A DNA stretch of 64,000 nt from a virus (taxonomy: Duplodnaviria > Heunggongvirae > Uroviricota > Caudoviricetes), in IMG/VR virus record IMGVR_UViG_3300006145_000007, positions 40,400-104,399 of that record; one strand, given 5' to 3'. The translations under genes were made by a program, and so were the position numbers. Positions 1 to 7,676 of the stretch are shown piece by piece; within the stretch, counting starts at the first letter, position 1; each line of letters begins with the position of its first letter. The notes below the pieces were generated by a model. The model was not told the origin of the DNA. It did no database searches and was given only the letters and a program-made list of their open reading frames with translations.

Positions 1-1
1 C

Positions 2-226
2 GCAGCGGGGTGGGTCAACAACCAGCAGGTCGTCAGCATCAGCGGTCTGACTGCGAACCAGAACGGTATCGCAGGTCTCTCCCAGGATATTTCCCAGGCT
101 GAGTTCGAGGCAGCAGCAAACGCGGAGATGCGTATCTGCGCTCAGGCCGATGGGTCATTCACGGTTGTGTATCACGGAGATAAGCCGGGGTGCGACATCC
201 CAATCACAATCATCATTCTGGACTAA
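2..226 (+). CDS. 3'-partial small protein whose C-terminus (..GDKPGCDIPITIIILD) is paralogous to the next ORF; tail-module accessory protein
   Basis: Open frame running into the window and ending at TAA 224-226; C-terminal ~60 aa align with the C-terminus of the 243-647 product. Confidence 0.4.
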   Translation, partial: AAGWVNNQQVVSISGLTANQNGIAGLSQDISQAEFEAAANAEMRICAQADGSFTVVYHGDKPGCDIPITIIILD

Positions 227-242
227 AAGGAGGCGATAGCGT

Positions 243-647
243 ATGAGCACAACACCGAACTATGGCCTCTATGTGACAGACGATGTGAAGGAGAAGGTCA
301 AGGAACTGCTGGAAAAGATGAGCAACACGACTGACTCCAACATGGTCAAGATCGATACGGCTCTCGGTGAGAAGGCCGACCACAGTTCTGACGTGACTCT
401 GACGCTGGTGTCTTCTGGTTGGTCAGGCGTGTCTGCTCCGTACACATATGAACTGAGTGTGGCTGGACTGAAAGCAAATCAAAACGGGCACATCGAGGTG
501 GCGCACAGCGCCACATTTGAACAGCGTCAGATGGCACGGGAAGCAATCCTATGCGTCACTGGACAGTCTGATGGCAAGATCATCATCTCTGCGGATGGTG
601 AGATGCCTGAACTGGACATCCCGGTCACCATCGTCATGCTGGACTAA
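243..647 (+). CDS. small hypothetical protein, tandem paralog of the upstream partial ORF (ends ..ELDIPVTIVMLD)
   Basis: 134-aa ORF with AGGAGG-like RBS at 229-235; paralogy to the preceding ORF; directly upstream of the tail fibre gene. Confidence 0.5.
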   Translation: MSTTPNYGLYVTDDVKEKVKELLEKMSNTTDSNMVKIDTALGEKADHSSDVTLTLVSSGWSGVSAPYTYELSVAGLKANQNGHIEVAHSATFEQRQMAREAILCVTGQSDGKIIISADGEMPELDIPVTIVMLD

Positions 648-670
648 TTTGAGATAAAGGAGATATCAAT

Positions 671-2935
671 ATGCCTATTCTTGGAAATTTCCCCGCTGGT
701 GGCGGTGGAGGCGGCACAGGCGGACTGGCATTGGCGGCGGTGACTAATATCGCCACCGTAACCGCGCACGAGAAAGTGTATGTCAGTTGGACTGACCCGA
801 ACGATCTGGTAGTGGCAGGCTCTACTCTGGCCGCGTGGGGAGGCACCCTGCTGGTGCGTAAGGCCGGCAGCGCTCCCGTGAGCCGCAGGGACGGCACGGT
901 TGTTCTTGACAGCAAGACACGCAACCAGTACAGCACTACCTACTTCTGTGATTCCGGTCTGACTGACGGCGTGACGTACTACTACAAGTTCTTCCCCTAC
1001 ACTACAAGCAGCACGTACACAGACAGCACGGACGATGAGTTCACCGCGACTCCTGCCGCTGTCGCCCCAGGTAATGTGTCCGGCATGAGCGCAGTCGCTG
1101 CCGGTAACGGGAAGATCACTGTGCAGTGGGGTGACCCAGCCGCCACTGTTGTGACGGACGGTATCACCGTGTCCACCTGGGCAAGCACGCAGGTCGTGTA
1201 TAAGGCCGGGAGCTATCCGACTGACCCGTCAGACGGCACACTGGCACTGAACAGCACCACACGCAACCAGTATGCCACCAACGGCTTTACCATTACCGGG
1301 CTTACGAACGGTACCACCTACTACATCGCCTTCTTCCCGACATCTACCGACGGCGCCGTGAACACCGATACAGCGAACCGCGTGGCCGGTGTTCCGAACC
1401 GGCTCGTCATCAACGATATCCCCGCGCAGAGCGGGGCTCTGACATACAATAAGTCTCCGCAGAACCCAGTGTGGGACAGCGCATATAACCCCGCCATCAT
1501 GACACTGGGCGGCGAGACTGTCGGAACCAACGCGAAGACATACGTGGCTACGTTCACCCCGGATGACGACCATGTATTCGCCGGCGAGACAGCACCGAAG
1601 GCCAAGAATGTATCGTGGGTAATCGGCAAAGCAACCGGTACACTGACGCTCACACCAGCTTCTCTGGTTCTGGACAAGACCACGACAAGCGCAACCTTCG
1701 CCATCTCCGGGGACTTCGATGGCAGCTACACTGTCACGTCGATGGATACCAGCATTGCAACCGTGGCTCTGGTGAGCGGTAAGACATACCGTGTCAGCAG
1801 TGTGAACAGCACGACCGGCACCGCTTCTATCAAGGTGAGCTGCTCGGGCGGCAGCAACTATACCGCCCCCGCCGACAAGTCTGTGAGTGTGACAGCGAAG
1901 TTCGTTACCATCTATGGCGTGAGCTGGGATGGTTCGAGTACCACGAAGTGGTCTCGTACAGATGCATCAGCCAGCTTCACAGATCCTGTGCCTGCTGTTA
2001 GCAATGGGAACGGCAGTTCCCCGTTCGACAGCCTGCAGCCATGGGCCGGAATGGTCAAGGATACTTCTGACAGCGCTGCCGGCGTTCTGGTGAAGATTCC
2101 GAAGTTCTGGTACAAATGGACAAAGAGCGGCAATACGTTGAAGCTCCAGATTGCAGACGGTCAGGTGGACGGGTTCAATGTTTCTCCCGCGCACGCCAAC
2201 AGGGGCGATGGCAAGGGTGAGCGCGACTTCGTTTACGTTGGGCGGTATCACTGCGCGAGTGGGTATAAGTCCACCACAGGCGCCGCACAGCAGGTAAATA
2301 TTACACGGTCAACAGCGCGTTCCAGTATTCACAATTTGGGTGCAACCATTTGGCAGTTCGACTACGCTATGCGCGTGACGATTCAGATGCTCTATCTGGT
2401 CGAGTTCGCCGATTGGAACTCTCAGGCAAAGATCGGCTACGGCTGCTCTGCCGGTGGCTCCAAGGAGAACAATGGCAAGACCGATGCTATGCAGTATCAC
2501 ACTGGTACTACTGCGGCAAACCGGACAACCTATGGCTACACGCAGTACCGCAACATCGAAGGTCTGTGGGACAACGTTTACGACTGGATGGATGGTTGTT
2601 ACTACAACGGTAACGGCATGAACATCATCATGAATCCCGCCAATTTCTCTGACTCTTCTGGCGGGACTTTGATCGGTAAGCCTTCCAGCGGTTGGCCTTC
2701 TGCTATTGCTGTGGCTACCGCAAGTGGTCTGGAGTGGGTGATCTACCCCACTGCGGCAAGCGGTTCCGAAAGCACATACGTCGCGGATGACTGGTACTAT
2801 AACGCTTCCTACCCGTGCCTGTTCTGTGGGGGTGACTACGGCCAGTACCAGAGCCACGGGTTGTTCTACGTGTACTACAACGGCGCCAGCAGCACGTACG
2901 CGTACATCGGCTGCCGCCTCCAAAAACTCCCCTAA
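671..2935 (+). CDS. tail fibre / receptor-binding protein, DGR target: Gly-rich N-terminus, two FN3-like repeats, Ig-like segment, FGE/DUF1566-like C-type-lectin fold C-terminus carrying the variable region
   Basis: RBS AAGGAG at 657-662; repeated motifs ..TRNQYSTTYFCDSGLTDGVTYYYKFFPYT.. and ..TRNQYATNGFTITGLTNGTTYYIAFFPTS.. (FN3-like); C-terminus ..DDWYYNASYPCLFCGGDYGQYQSHGLFYVYYNGASSTYAYIGCRL is matched by a downstream template repeat. Confidence 0.85.
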   Translation: MPILGNFPAGGGGGGTGGLALAAVTNIATVTAHEKVYVSWTDPNDLVVAGSTLAAWGGTLLVRKAGSAPVSRRDGTVVLDSKTRNQYSTTYFCDSGLTDGVTYYYKFFPYTTSSTYTDSTDDEFTATPAAVAPGNVSGMSAVAAGNGKITVQWGDPAATVVTDGITVSTWASTQVVYKAGSYPTDPSDGTLALNSTTRNQYATNGFTITGLTNGTTYYIAFFPTSTDGAVNTDTANRVAGVPNRLVINDIPAQSGALTYNKSPQNPVWDSAYNPAIMTLGGETVGTNAKTYVATFTPDDDHVFAGETAPKAKNVSWVIGKATGTLTLTPASLVLDKTTTSATFAISGDFDGSYTVTSMDTSIATVALVSGKTYRVSSVNSTTGTASIKVSCSGGSNYTAPADKSVSVTAKFVTIYGVSWDGSSTTKWSRTDASASFTDPVPAVSNGNGSSPFDSLQPWAGMVKDTSDSAAGVLVKIPKFWYKWTKSGNTLKLQIADGQVDGFNVSPAHANRGDGKGERDFVYVGRYHCASGYKSTTGAAQQVNITRSTARSSIHNLGATIWQFDYAMRVTIQMLYLVEFADWNSQAKIGYGCSAGGSKENNGKTDAMQYHTGTTAANRTTYGYTQYRNIEGLWDNVYDWMDGCYYNGNGMNIIMNPANFSDSSGGTLIGKPSSGWPSAIAVATASGLEWVIYPTAASGSESTYVADDWYYNASYPCLFCGGDYGQYQSHGLFYVYYNGASSTYAYIGCRLQKLP
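2779..2921 (+). repeat. DGR variable region (VR) at the 3' end of the tail fibre gene
   Basis: 143-bp near-identity to 3274-3416; 17 substitutions, 16 of them where the other copy has A; variable codons are AAC in the partner copy. Confidence 0.85.
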
Positions 2936-2946
2936 AGGAGGGGCGT

Positions 2947-2968
2947 GGGGAGGGTCGCAACCCTCCCC
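2947..2968 (+). promoter_or_regulatory. GC-rich hairpin (9-bp stem GGGGAGGGT/ACCCTCCCC, 4-nt loop CGCA) 26 nt downstream of VR; DGR homing hairpin/cruciform candidate
   Basis: Perfect inverted repeat read directly; position and size match hairpins reported 3' of VRs in DGRs. Confidence 0.55.
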
Positions 2969-3056
2969 ATCATGCAGCCTAACGAACAATTAAATGGCGG
3001 TAATCGCCATAAGCAACCATGACTTCCTATGTAGACGAAGACACCATATGCTCACA

Positions 3057-3083
3057 GGGGGGGGGGGGGGGGAAAGGGGGGGG
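3057..3083. repeat. homopolymer tract G16-AAA-G8 in the VR-TR spacer (with C9 at 3116-3124)
   Basis: Read directly from sequence; potential G-quadruplex or slipped-strand tract, or a sequencing/assembly artefact. Confidence 0.9.
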
Positions 3084-3273
3084 CACCAAATTGGCCCGTT
3101 CGGCGGGACACGCAACCCCCCCCCATGAGAGGCGGCGTCTTTGGACACGCTACACCCCTCCATGTGAGGCGGTGTCTTTTTGCATCTACACACAATTCAA
3201 TCGCATAAACGGCATGTTTTATACATGCCACGGGATTGCCTACGCAGCAGTCGCTGGTTCTTTTAATTGGTGC

Positions 3274-3416
3274 CGTCGCGGATAACTGGAACTATAACGC
3301 TTCCAACCCGTGCCTGCACTGTGGGGGTAACTACAACCAGAACCAGAACCACGGGTTGTTCTACGTGAACTACAACAACGCCAGCAACACGAACGCGAAC
3401 ATCGGCTGCCGCATCC
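3274..3416 (+). repeat. DGR template repeat (TR), adenine-rich (AAC codons) copy of VR
   Basis: Homologous to 2779-2921; carries A at nearly all positions that differ in VR; lies between target gene and RT as in canonical DGRs; the 69-aa ORF 3236-3445 is just the TR read in frame. Confidence 0.85.
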
Positions 3417-3655
3417 TTGTTTTCGCCAGACCTCACCAGAGGTAACGGGCGAGTGCTTGGTTAGCACAATTTCGGTAGAACGGGCTCCTCACCCTTTCTA
3501 TAAGGGCTGTCGTGCGTATATCGCACGGCACCCTTGGCGCGGGCAATCGCGTGCCCCTTGGCAAAGATTAACCGATAGGACATGGGTTAGTACCTCCTGT
3601 GAAAGCGGGACGTGGGAAAGCTCATGAGGTTACAAGGAGGATATTGTAACTCCTT
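3417..3655 (+). ncRNA. TR-RT spacer, probable structured 3' part of the DGR template RNA (priming region)
   Basis: Several local palindromes (CGTGCGTATATCGCACG, GGCGCGGGCAATCGCGTGCC); no ORF; position equivalent to the Sp region of the BPP-1 DGR RNA. Confidence 0.35.
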
Positions 3656-4771
3656 ATGAAACGTACAGCACATCTATACGAAGAACTCATTTCCCACGAC
3701 AACCTGATGCTCGCACTAATTGAGGTAAACGCGAGCCACAGGTGGCTCCCTAAGCACAGGCCAAACAAAATTGTTGCATGGGTCGAGCAGGATATGGAAG
3801 CCCGTGTGAATGAGTTGAGAAAGATCATCGAACAGATCGTATACCACAAGAGACAGCTATCCAAACCAAAGCAGAAGCAGCGTTACGATAAGAGCGCAGG
3901 CAAGTGGCGCATTATCAACGAGCCGAAGCTGTGGCCCGACCAGTATATCCATCACGCACTCGTGCAGGTGCTGCAGCCTACCATGATGCGTGGGATGGAC
4001 AGGCATTGCTGCGGAAGTATCAGATCGCGCGGTATCCACTACGGCAAGAAGAAAATCGAGAAGTGGATGGATACGGATGCGCGCGGAACGAAGTATTGCG
4101 AGGAACTCGACATACATCATTTCTACGACAGTATCGACCCGAAGTACATTATGGCTCGGCTCAGATGCCTTATCAAGGATTGGCGCGTGTTGAAAATCTG
4201 CGAGGAGATCCTGCGTTACGGCGTGCTGATTGGTCTTTACACATCCCAGTGGTTTGCGAATACACTCCTGCAGCCACTCGACCAACTCATTCGAGACAGC
4301 GGATTCTGTACTCACTATCTCAGATATATGGATAACTTTACCATATTCGGGAGCAACAAGAGGAAACTCCACAAGCTGAGAAAGCTAATTGAAGAATGGC
4401 TTGCAGAGGTCAATCTGTCGTTGAAGGAGAACTGGCAGGTGTTCCCGACTAAGAGCCGTATGCCATGCGCGCTTGGATACAGATTCGGTAGAGGCTATAC
4501 CTTACTTAAGAAAAGGAACCTGTTCCGGTTGAAGCGGAAGCTCAACGAGTATTACAGGCGCCGGCGGAAGCACAGGAAGATCTCTGCAAAAATGGCAACA
4601 GGTCTGATCTCAAGGCTTGGTCAACTCAAGCATTGCAGCAATAAGAATGTCTATGAAAAGATCTATCACGGCAAGGTTCAAAGAGAACTGAAGCAAGTGA
4701 TTCGAAATGATATGCGAAAGGAGCGATTAACGTGGAGTATGTATTTGGAACAAACAGCTATAGCGGCGTAG
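3656..4771 (+). CDS. DGR reverse transcriptase
   Basis: RBS AAGGAGG at 3636-3642; DGR-RT hallmark motif GLYTSQWFANTLLQPLD (cf. Brt SLTSQLFANVYGG); motif A ..IHHFYDSIDP..; motif C reads LRYMDNFTIFG (YMDN instead of YMDD). Confidence 0.9.
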   Translation: MKRTAHLYEELISHDNLMLALIEVNASHRWLPKHRPNKIVAWVEQDMEARVNELRKIIEQIVYHKRQLSKPKQKQRYDKSAGKWRIINEPKLWPDQYIHHALVQVLQPTMMRGMDRHCCGSIRSRGIHYGKKKIEKWMDTDARGTKYCEELDIHHFYDSIDPKYIMARLRCLIKDWRVLKICEEILRYGVLIGLYTSQWFANTLLQPLDQLIRDSGFCTHYLRYMDNFTIFGSNKRKLHKLRKLIEEWLAEVNLSLKENWQVFPTKSRMPCALGYRFGRGYTLLKKRNLFRLKRKLNEYYRRRRKHRKISAKMATGLISRLGQLKHCSNKNVYEKIYHGKVQRELKQVIRNDMRKERLTWSMYLEQTAIAA

Positions 4772-5016
4772 AGACTCTGCGTACAAAGGGGAGCGAGCAC
4801 ACAAATTTCGATGGGTTCGTTGAGACGGTGCAGGAGTTCGATGACAGCACCATCACAGATACCTTCCATGTTGTCAGCAAGACAAAGTCCGATGATGACG
4901 CAGAAGGTAACTGCTATGACTGGTACATCATTGACAAACACAACCGTGTCATCGACAAGACCAAGCGCCTGAAGGCGAACATCGACGTGCTTGCCGCGAC
5001 AATTCTGGAGGGGTAA
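4732..5016 (+). CDS. hypothetical acidic protein
   Basis: 94-aa ORF with GTG start overlapping the RT 3' end; no recognisable domain. Confidence 0.35.
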   Translation: MEYVFGTNSYSGVETLRTKGSEHTNFDGFVETVQEFDDSTITDTFHVVSKTKSDDDAEGNCYDWYIIDKHNRVIDKTKRLKANIDVLAATILEG

Positions 5017-5018
5017 CA

Positions 5019-5609
5019 ATGACAATGAAGATGGACAAGAATGATGTGGCGCGCCTGTATGAGAATCGTATGATCTCTGCCGTCGGCGTGCTGAACGCGA
5101 TCCGCAGCAAGTGGATCACCACCGAGGATGCGGTTGAAATCCTTGGGTCAGACAATGCACTCAGCGTCATCAGATCCGCGAAGCTCCAGGAAATCTCAGA
5201 GGCGTGCAACAATACAATCGTTGCCGGCATCGACGTGGTGATCGGCGACCGGACTGATCACTTCAACCTCGCTCTGGAGGATCAGAGCAACATCAATAAC
5301 TTGTTCCGCGTCGTGGAGCTGGGCGGTACTGAGTACCCATACCAGGCAGACGACGGGACATGTACCGTGTATAGCAAGCAGGAAATCGTTCAGATCTATA
5401 TCGCCGCCCAGACTCACATCACGGTCAACACCGCGTACCACAATGCGCTCAAGGCGTATCTGCTGTCTCTGGAGGACACCGATGTGATCGGCGCAATCGA
5501 GTATGGTATGGAGCTTCCTGCGCCATACGCCGAGGAGTTGGCTACCAAGCTGGGTGTCGCCGAGAATCAGATGCAGATGATCGTGGCGAAGCTGAGCGAG
5601 GTGGGATAA
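5019..5609 (+). CDS. hypothetical protein
   Basis: 196-aa ORF, coding-like composition, tight spacing with flanking ORFs. Confidence 0.5.
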   Translation: MTMKMDKNDVARLYENRMISAVGVLNAIRSKWITTEDAVEILGSDNALSVIRSAKLQEISEACNNTIVAGIDVVIGDRTDHFNLALEDQSNINNLFRVVELGGTEYPYQADDGTCTVYSKQEIVQIYIAAQTHITVNTAYHNALKAYLLSLEDTDVIGAIEYGMELPAPYAEELATKLGVAENQMQMIVAKLSEVG

Positions 5610-5759
5610 CTATGCACACCAAACTGGTGGAGATACTTTCGGATATCTGCATCAGGCAGGCGTCTGTCATCAAAGACCAAGCATTTGCTCTCGCTGCACT
5701 GGGAGCGGAAGTACGAGAGGACGAGGCGGCTGCTTTGCGCGACCTCCTCCGTTCTCTGA

Positions 5760-6230
5760 TTGGAGATTGGAGTGATGATGATGGAAAAGAGTAAGCTGAG
5801 CAAGTGGGTGCTTTCCGGGCTTCTGTGGGTGTTCGGCGGCACCCTCTACTTCTATATGGAGGTTATGTGGAAGACGCTGAACAGCAGACCAGAGTCAATC
5901 AGTTGGACGATGCTGACACTGGCGATGATCCTGTGCATCCCTCTTGAACGATTCGGGAGTGAACTGCCATGGAACTGCCCACTGCTTTTGCAGGCGTCCA
6001 TCTGTACTGTAGCAATCACAGCAACCGAGTTTATCGCCGGGTGCATCCTGAACCTCTGGCTCGGCCTGGGGATTTGGGACTACTCAAACGTCCCGTTCAA
6101 TATCCTTGGGCAAGTGTGCTTGGCGTTCTCCGGCGTATGGTTTGCGCTGTCGATCTTTGCAATCATTCTGTTTGACTGGATACGGTACATCGTGGAGGGC
6201 GGAGAGAAACCGCATTATCGCATTGTATGA
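5760..6230 (+). CDS. integral membrane protein (3-4 predicted TM helices)
   Basis: Hydrophobic segments LSGLLWVFGGTLYFYMEVMW, TMLTLAMILCIPL, VCLAFSGVWFALSIFAIILF. Confidence 0.5.
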   Translation: MEIGVMMMEKSKLSKWVLSGLLWVFGGTLYFYMEVMWKTLNSRPESISWTMLTLAMILCIPLERFGSELPWNCPLLLQASICTVAITATEFIAGCILNLWLGLGIWDYSNVPFNILGQVCLAFSGVWFALSIFAIILFDWIRYIVEGGEKPHYRIV

Positions 6231-6241
6231 AAGGGAAATAA

Positions 6242-6574
6242 ATGCCAAAATTCAACATCAATAAACTTCGGTCTGCTGGCCTGAGATACCTTGCCGCAGA
6301 CACAGACGGTCAGATGTGGGCGTATGAAGCAATGCCCGTACGAGAAGATGGGCATTGGAGGCTGTCAGACAAACATATGTGCCCATCTGATTACGGTGAA
6401 GCATACCTGGAACATTGGAGAAAGGTAATGCGATGGAGGTGGAAGGGCAGGGAGTTCTGTCTTCCAGTCTATGATACGCCCGTCAAGCTGACATCCGATG
6501 ACGACCCATATGACATTGTTCAACATGGGCTCGTGGATGGGAAAGACCTTAAGGCTTGGCCGGAGTTTATATAG
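6242..6574 (+). CDS. hypothetical protein
   Basis: 110-aa ORF preceded by GAAAGGGAAAT. Confidence 0.45.
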   Translation: MPKFNINKLRSAGLRYLAADTDGQMWAYEAMPVREDGHWRLSDKHMCPSDYGEAYLEHWRKVMRWRWKGREFCLPVYDTPVKLTSDDDPYDIVQHGLVDGKDLKAWPEFI

Positions 6575-6641
6575 AAGTCGTATTTTATTCAGCCTCGGCG
6601 GTGTGTCCTGCCGGGGCTGTTCTTGAAAGGAGGGGGACCTG

Positions 6642-7664
6642 ATGGGAAGAAAGACGACTCGGAGTATGGCTGCTACGCCTGAGAAGCTGGCAGAGGTTAA
6701 CCCAGAGAACATGCGGCTTAAGAAAGAATTTCTTGGCTACCTGAAATCTCTGAGCCGATCCAGCGAGACAATCAAGGTCTATGACTCCGACCTCAACATT
6801 TTCTTCTGCTGGGCGGTGGACAATGCCGCTAACAAGTTCTTCGTGGATGTGAGCAAGAGAGACATCGTGGCGTTCCAGAACTACATGCTGGAAGCCGGCT
6901 GCTCCGCTGCAAGGGTGCGGCACCTGAAAGCCGCGCTGTCATCTCTGTCCAACTATATCGAGAACATTCTCGATGACGAGTTCCCGAACTTCCGGCCCAT
7001 CATCCGTAAGATCGAGAACCCAGCCAATGAGGCGGTGCGTGAGAAAACCGTACTCACCAAAGAGCAGGTTCAGTCCTGCCTGGATCATCTGGTCGAGCAT
7101 AAAAAATTCAAACAGGCGTGCTTCTTTGCTTTGGCTGCCTACTCTGGCAGACGCAAGGCGGAGCTTGCACGCTTCAAGGTAACGTACTTCGACGACGCCA
7201 ATATTATTTGCGGGTCGCTCTATAAGACGCCTGAGAAAATCAGGACAAAGGGTCATGGGAGAAACGGCAAGATGCTGACCTGCTATACGCTGTCCAAGCC
7301 GTTCAAGCCCTATTTCGATCTGTGGATGGAGGAAAGGAAGCGCCTCGGTATCGAGAGCGAATGGCTGTTCCCAGATGTGCATGACACTACAAAGCCTATC
7401 GGGGTATCAACAATGAACAGCTACGCAAACAGCTTCTCCCGGATCATGGGCGTTCCATTCTACATGCACGCCCTCCGACACTTCATGACATCTGAACTGG
7501 CGAGAGCTAACCTGCCTGACTCCGCAATCCAGATGCTGATCGGATGGGATAGCGCAGATATGGTTGGCGTGTATAAGGACATTGACGCTGACGAGGAGTT
7601 CAGCAAGTATTTCAAAGACGGTGAGATCGTAGCGCAGAAGGCTACGAGTATTGAAGACCTATAG
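6642..7664 (+). CDS. tyrosine site-specific recombinase, XerC/XerD-like (second recombinase in window)
   Basis: N-terminal SAM-like core-binding segment (..LKKEFLGYLKSLSRSSETIKVYDSDLNIFFCW..), catalytic R (..YSGRRKAE..), HALRH box and C-terminal ..MVGVYKD.. tyrosine. Confidence 0.8.
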   Translation: MGRKTTRSMAATPEKLAEVNPENMRLKKEFLGYLKSLSRSSETIKVYDSDLNIFFCWAVDNAANKFFVDVSKRDIVAFQNYMLEAGCSAARVRHLKAALSSLSNYIENILDDEFPNFRPIIRKIENPANEAVREKTVLTKEQVQSCLDHLVEHKKFKQACFFALAAYSGRRKAELARFKVTYFDDANIICGSLYKTPEKIRTKGHGRNGKMLTCYTLSKPFKPYFDLWMEERKRLGIESEWLFPDVHDTTKPIGVSTMNSYANSFSRIMGVPFYMHALRHFMTSELARANLPDSAIQMLIGWDSADMVGVYKDIDADEEFSKYFKDGEIVAQKATSIEDL

Positions 7665-7676
7665 GGAGGTGGGTTC

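Noticed and set aside
2309-2989. Long antisense ORFs (226 aa, 81 aa and others) inside the tail fibre gene
   Set aside because: They are opposite a well-supported, motif-rich sense gene in GC-rich sequence. Low-complexity Arg/Gly/Thr translations are typical of antisense frames.
3019-3285. 88-aa ORF between VR and TR as a candidate avd gene
   Set aside because: The translation is dominated by the poly-G tract (GGGGGKGGG) and is neither basic nor helical like Avd. It overlaps the TR. No RBS.
3236-3445. 69-aa ORF (..NWNYNASNPCLHCGGNYNQNQNHGLFYVNYNNASNTNANIGCRI..) as a protein-coding gene
   Set aside because: It is the template repeat read in the VR frame. The Asn-rich translation is the expected consequence of AAC codons, not an independent gene.
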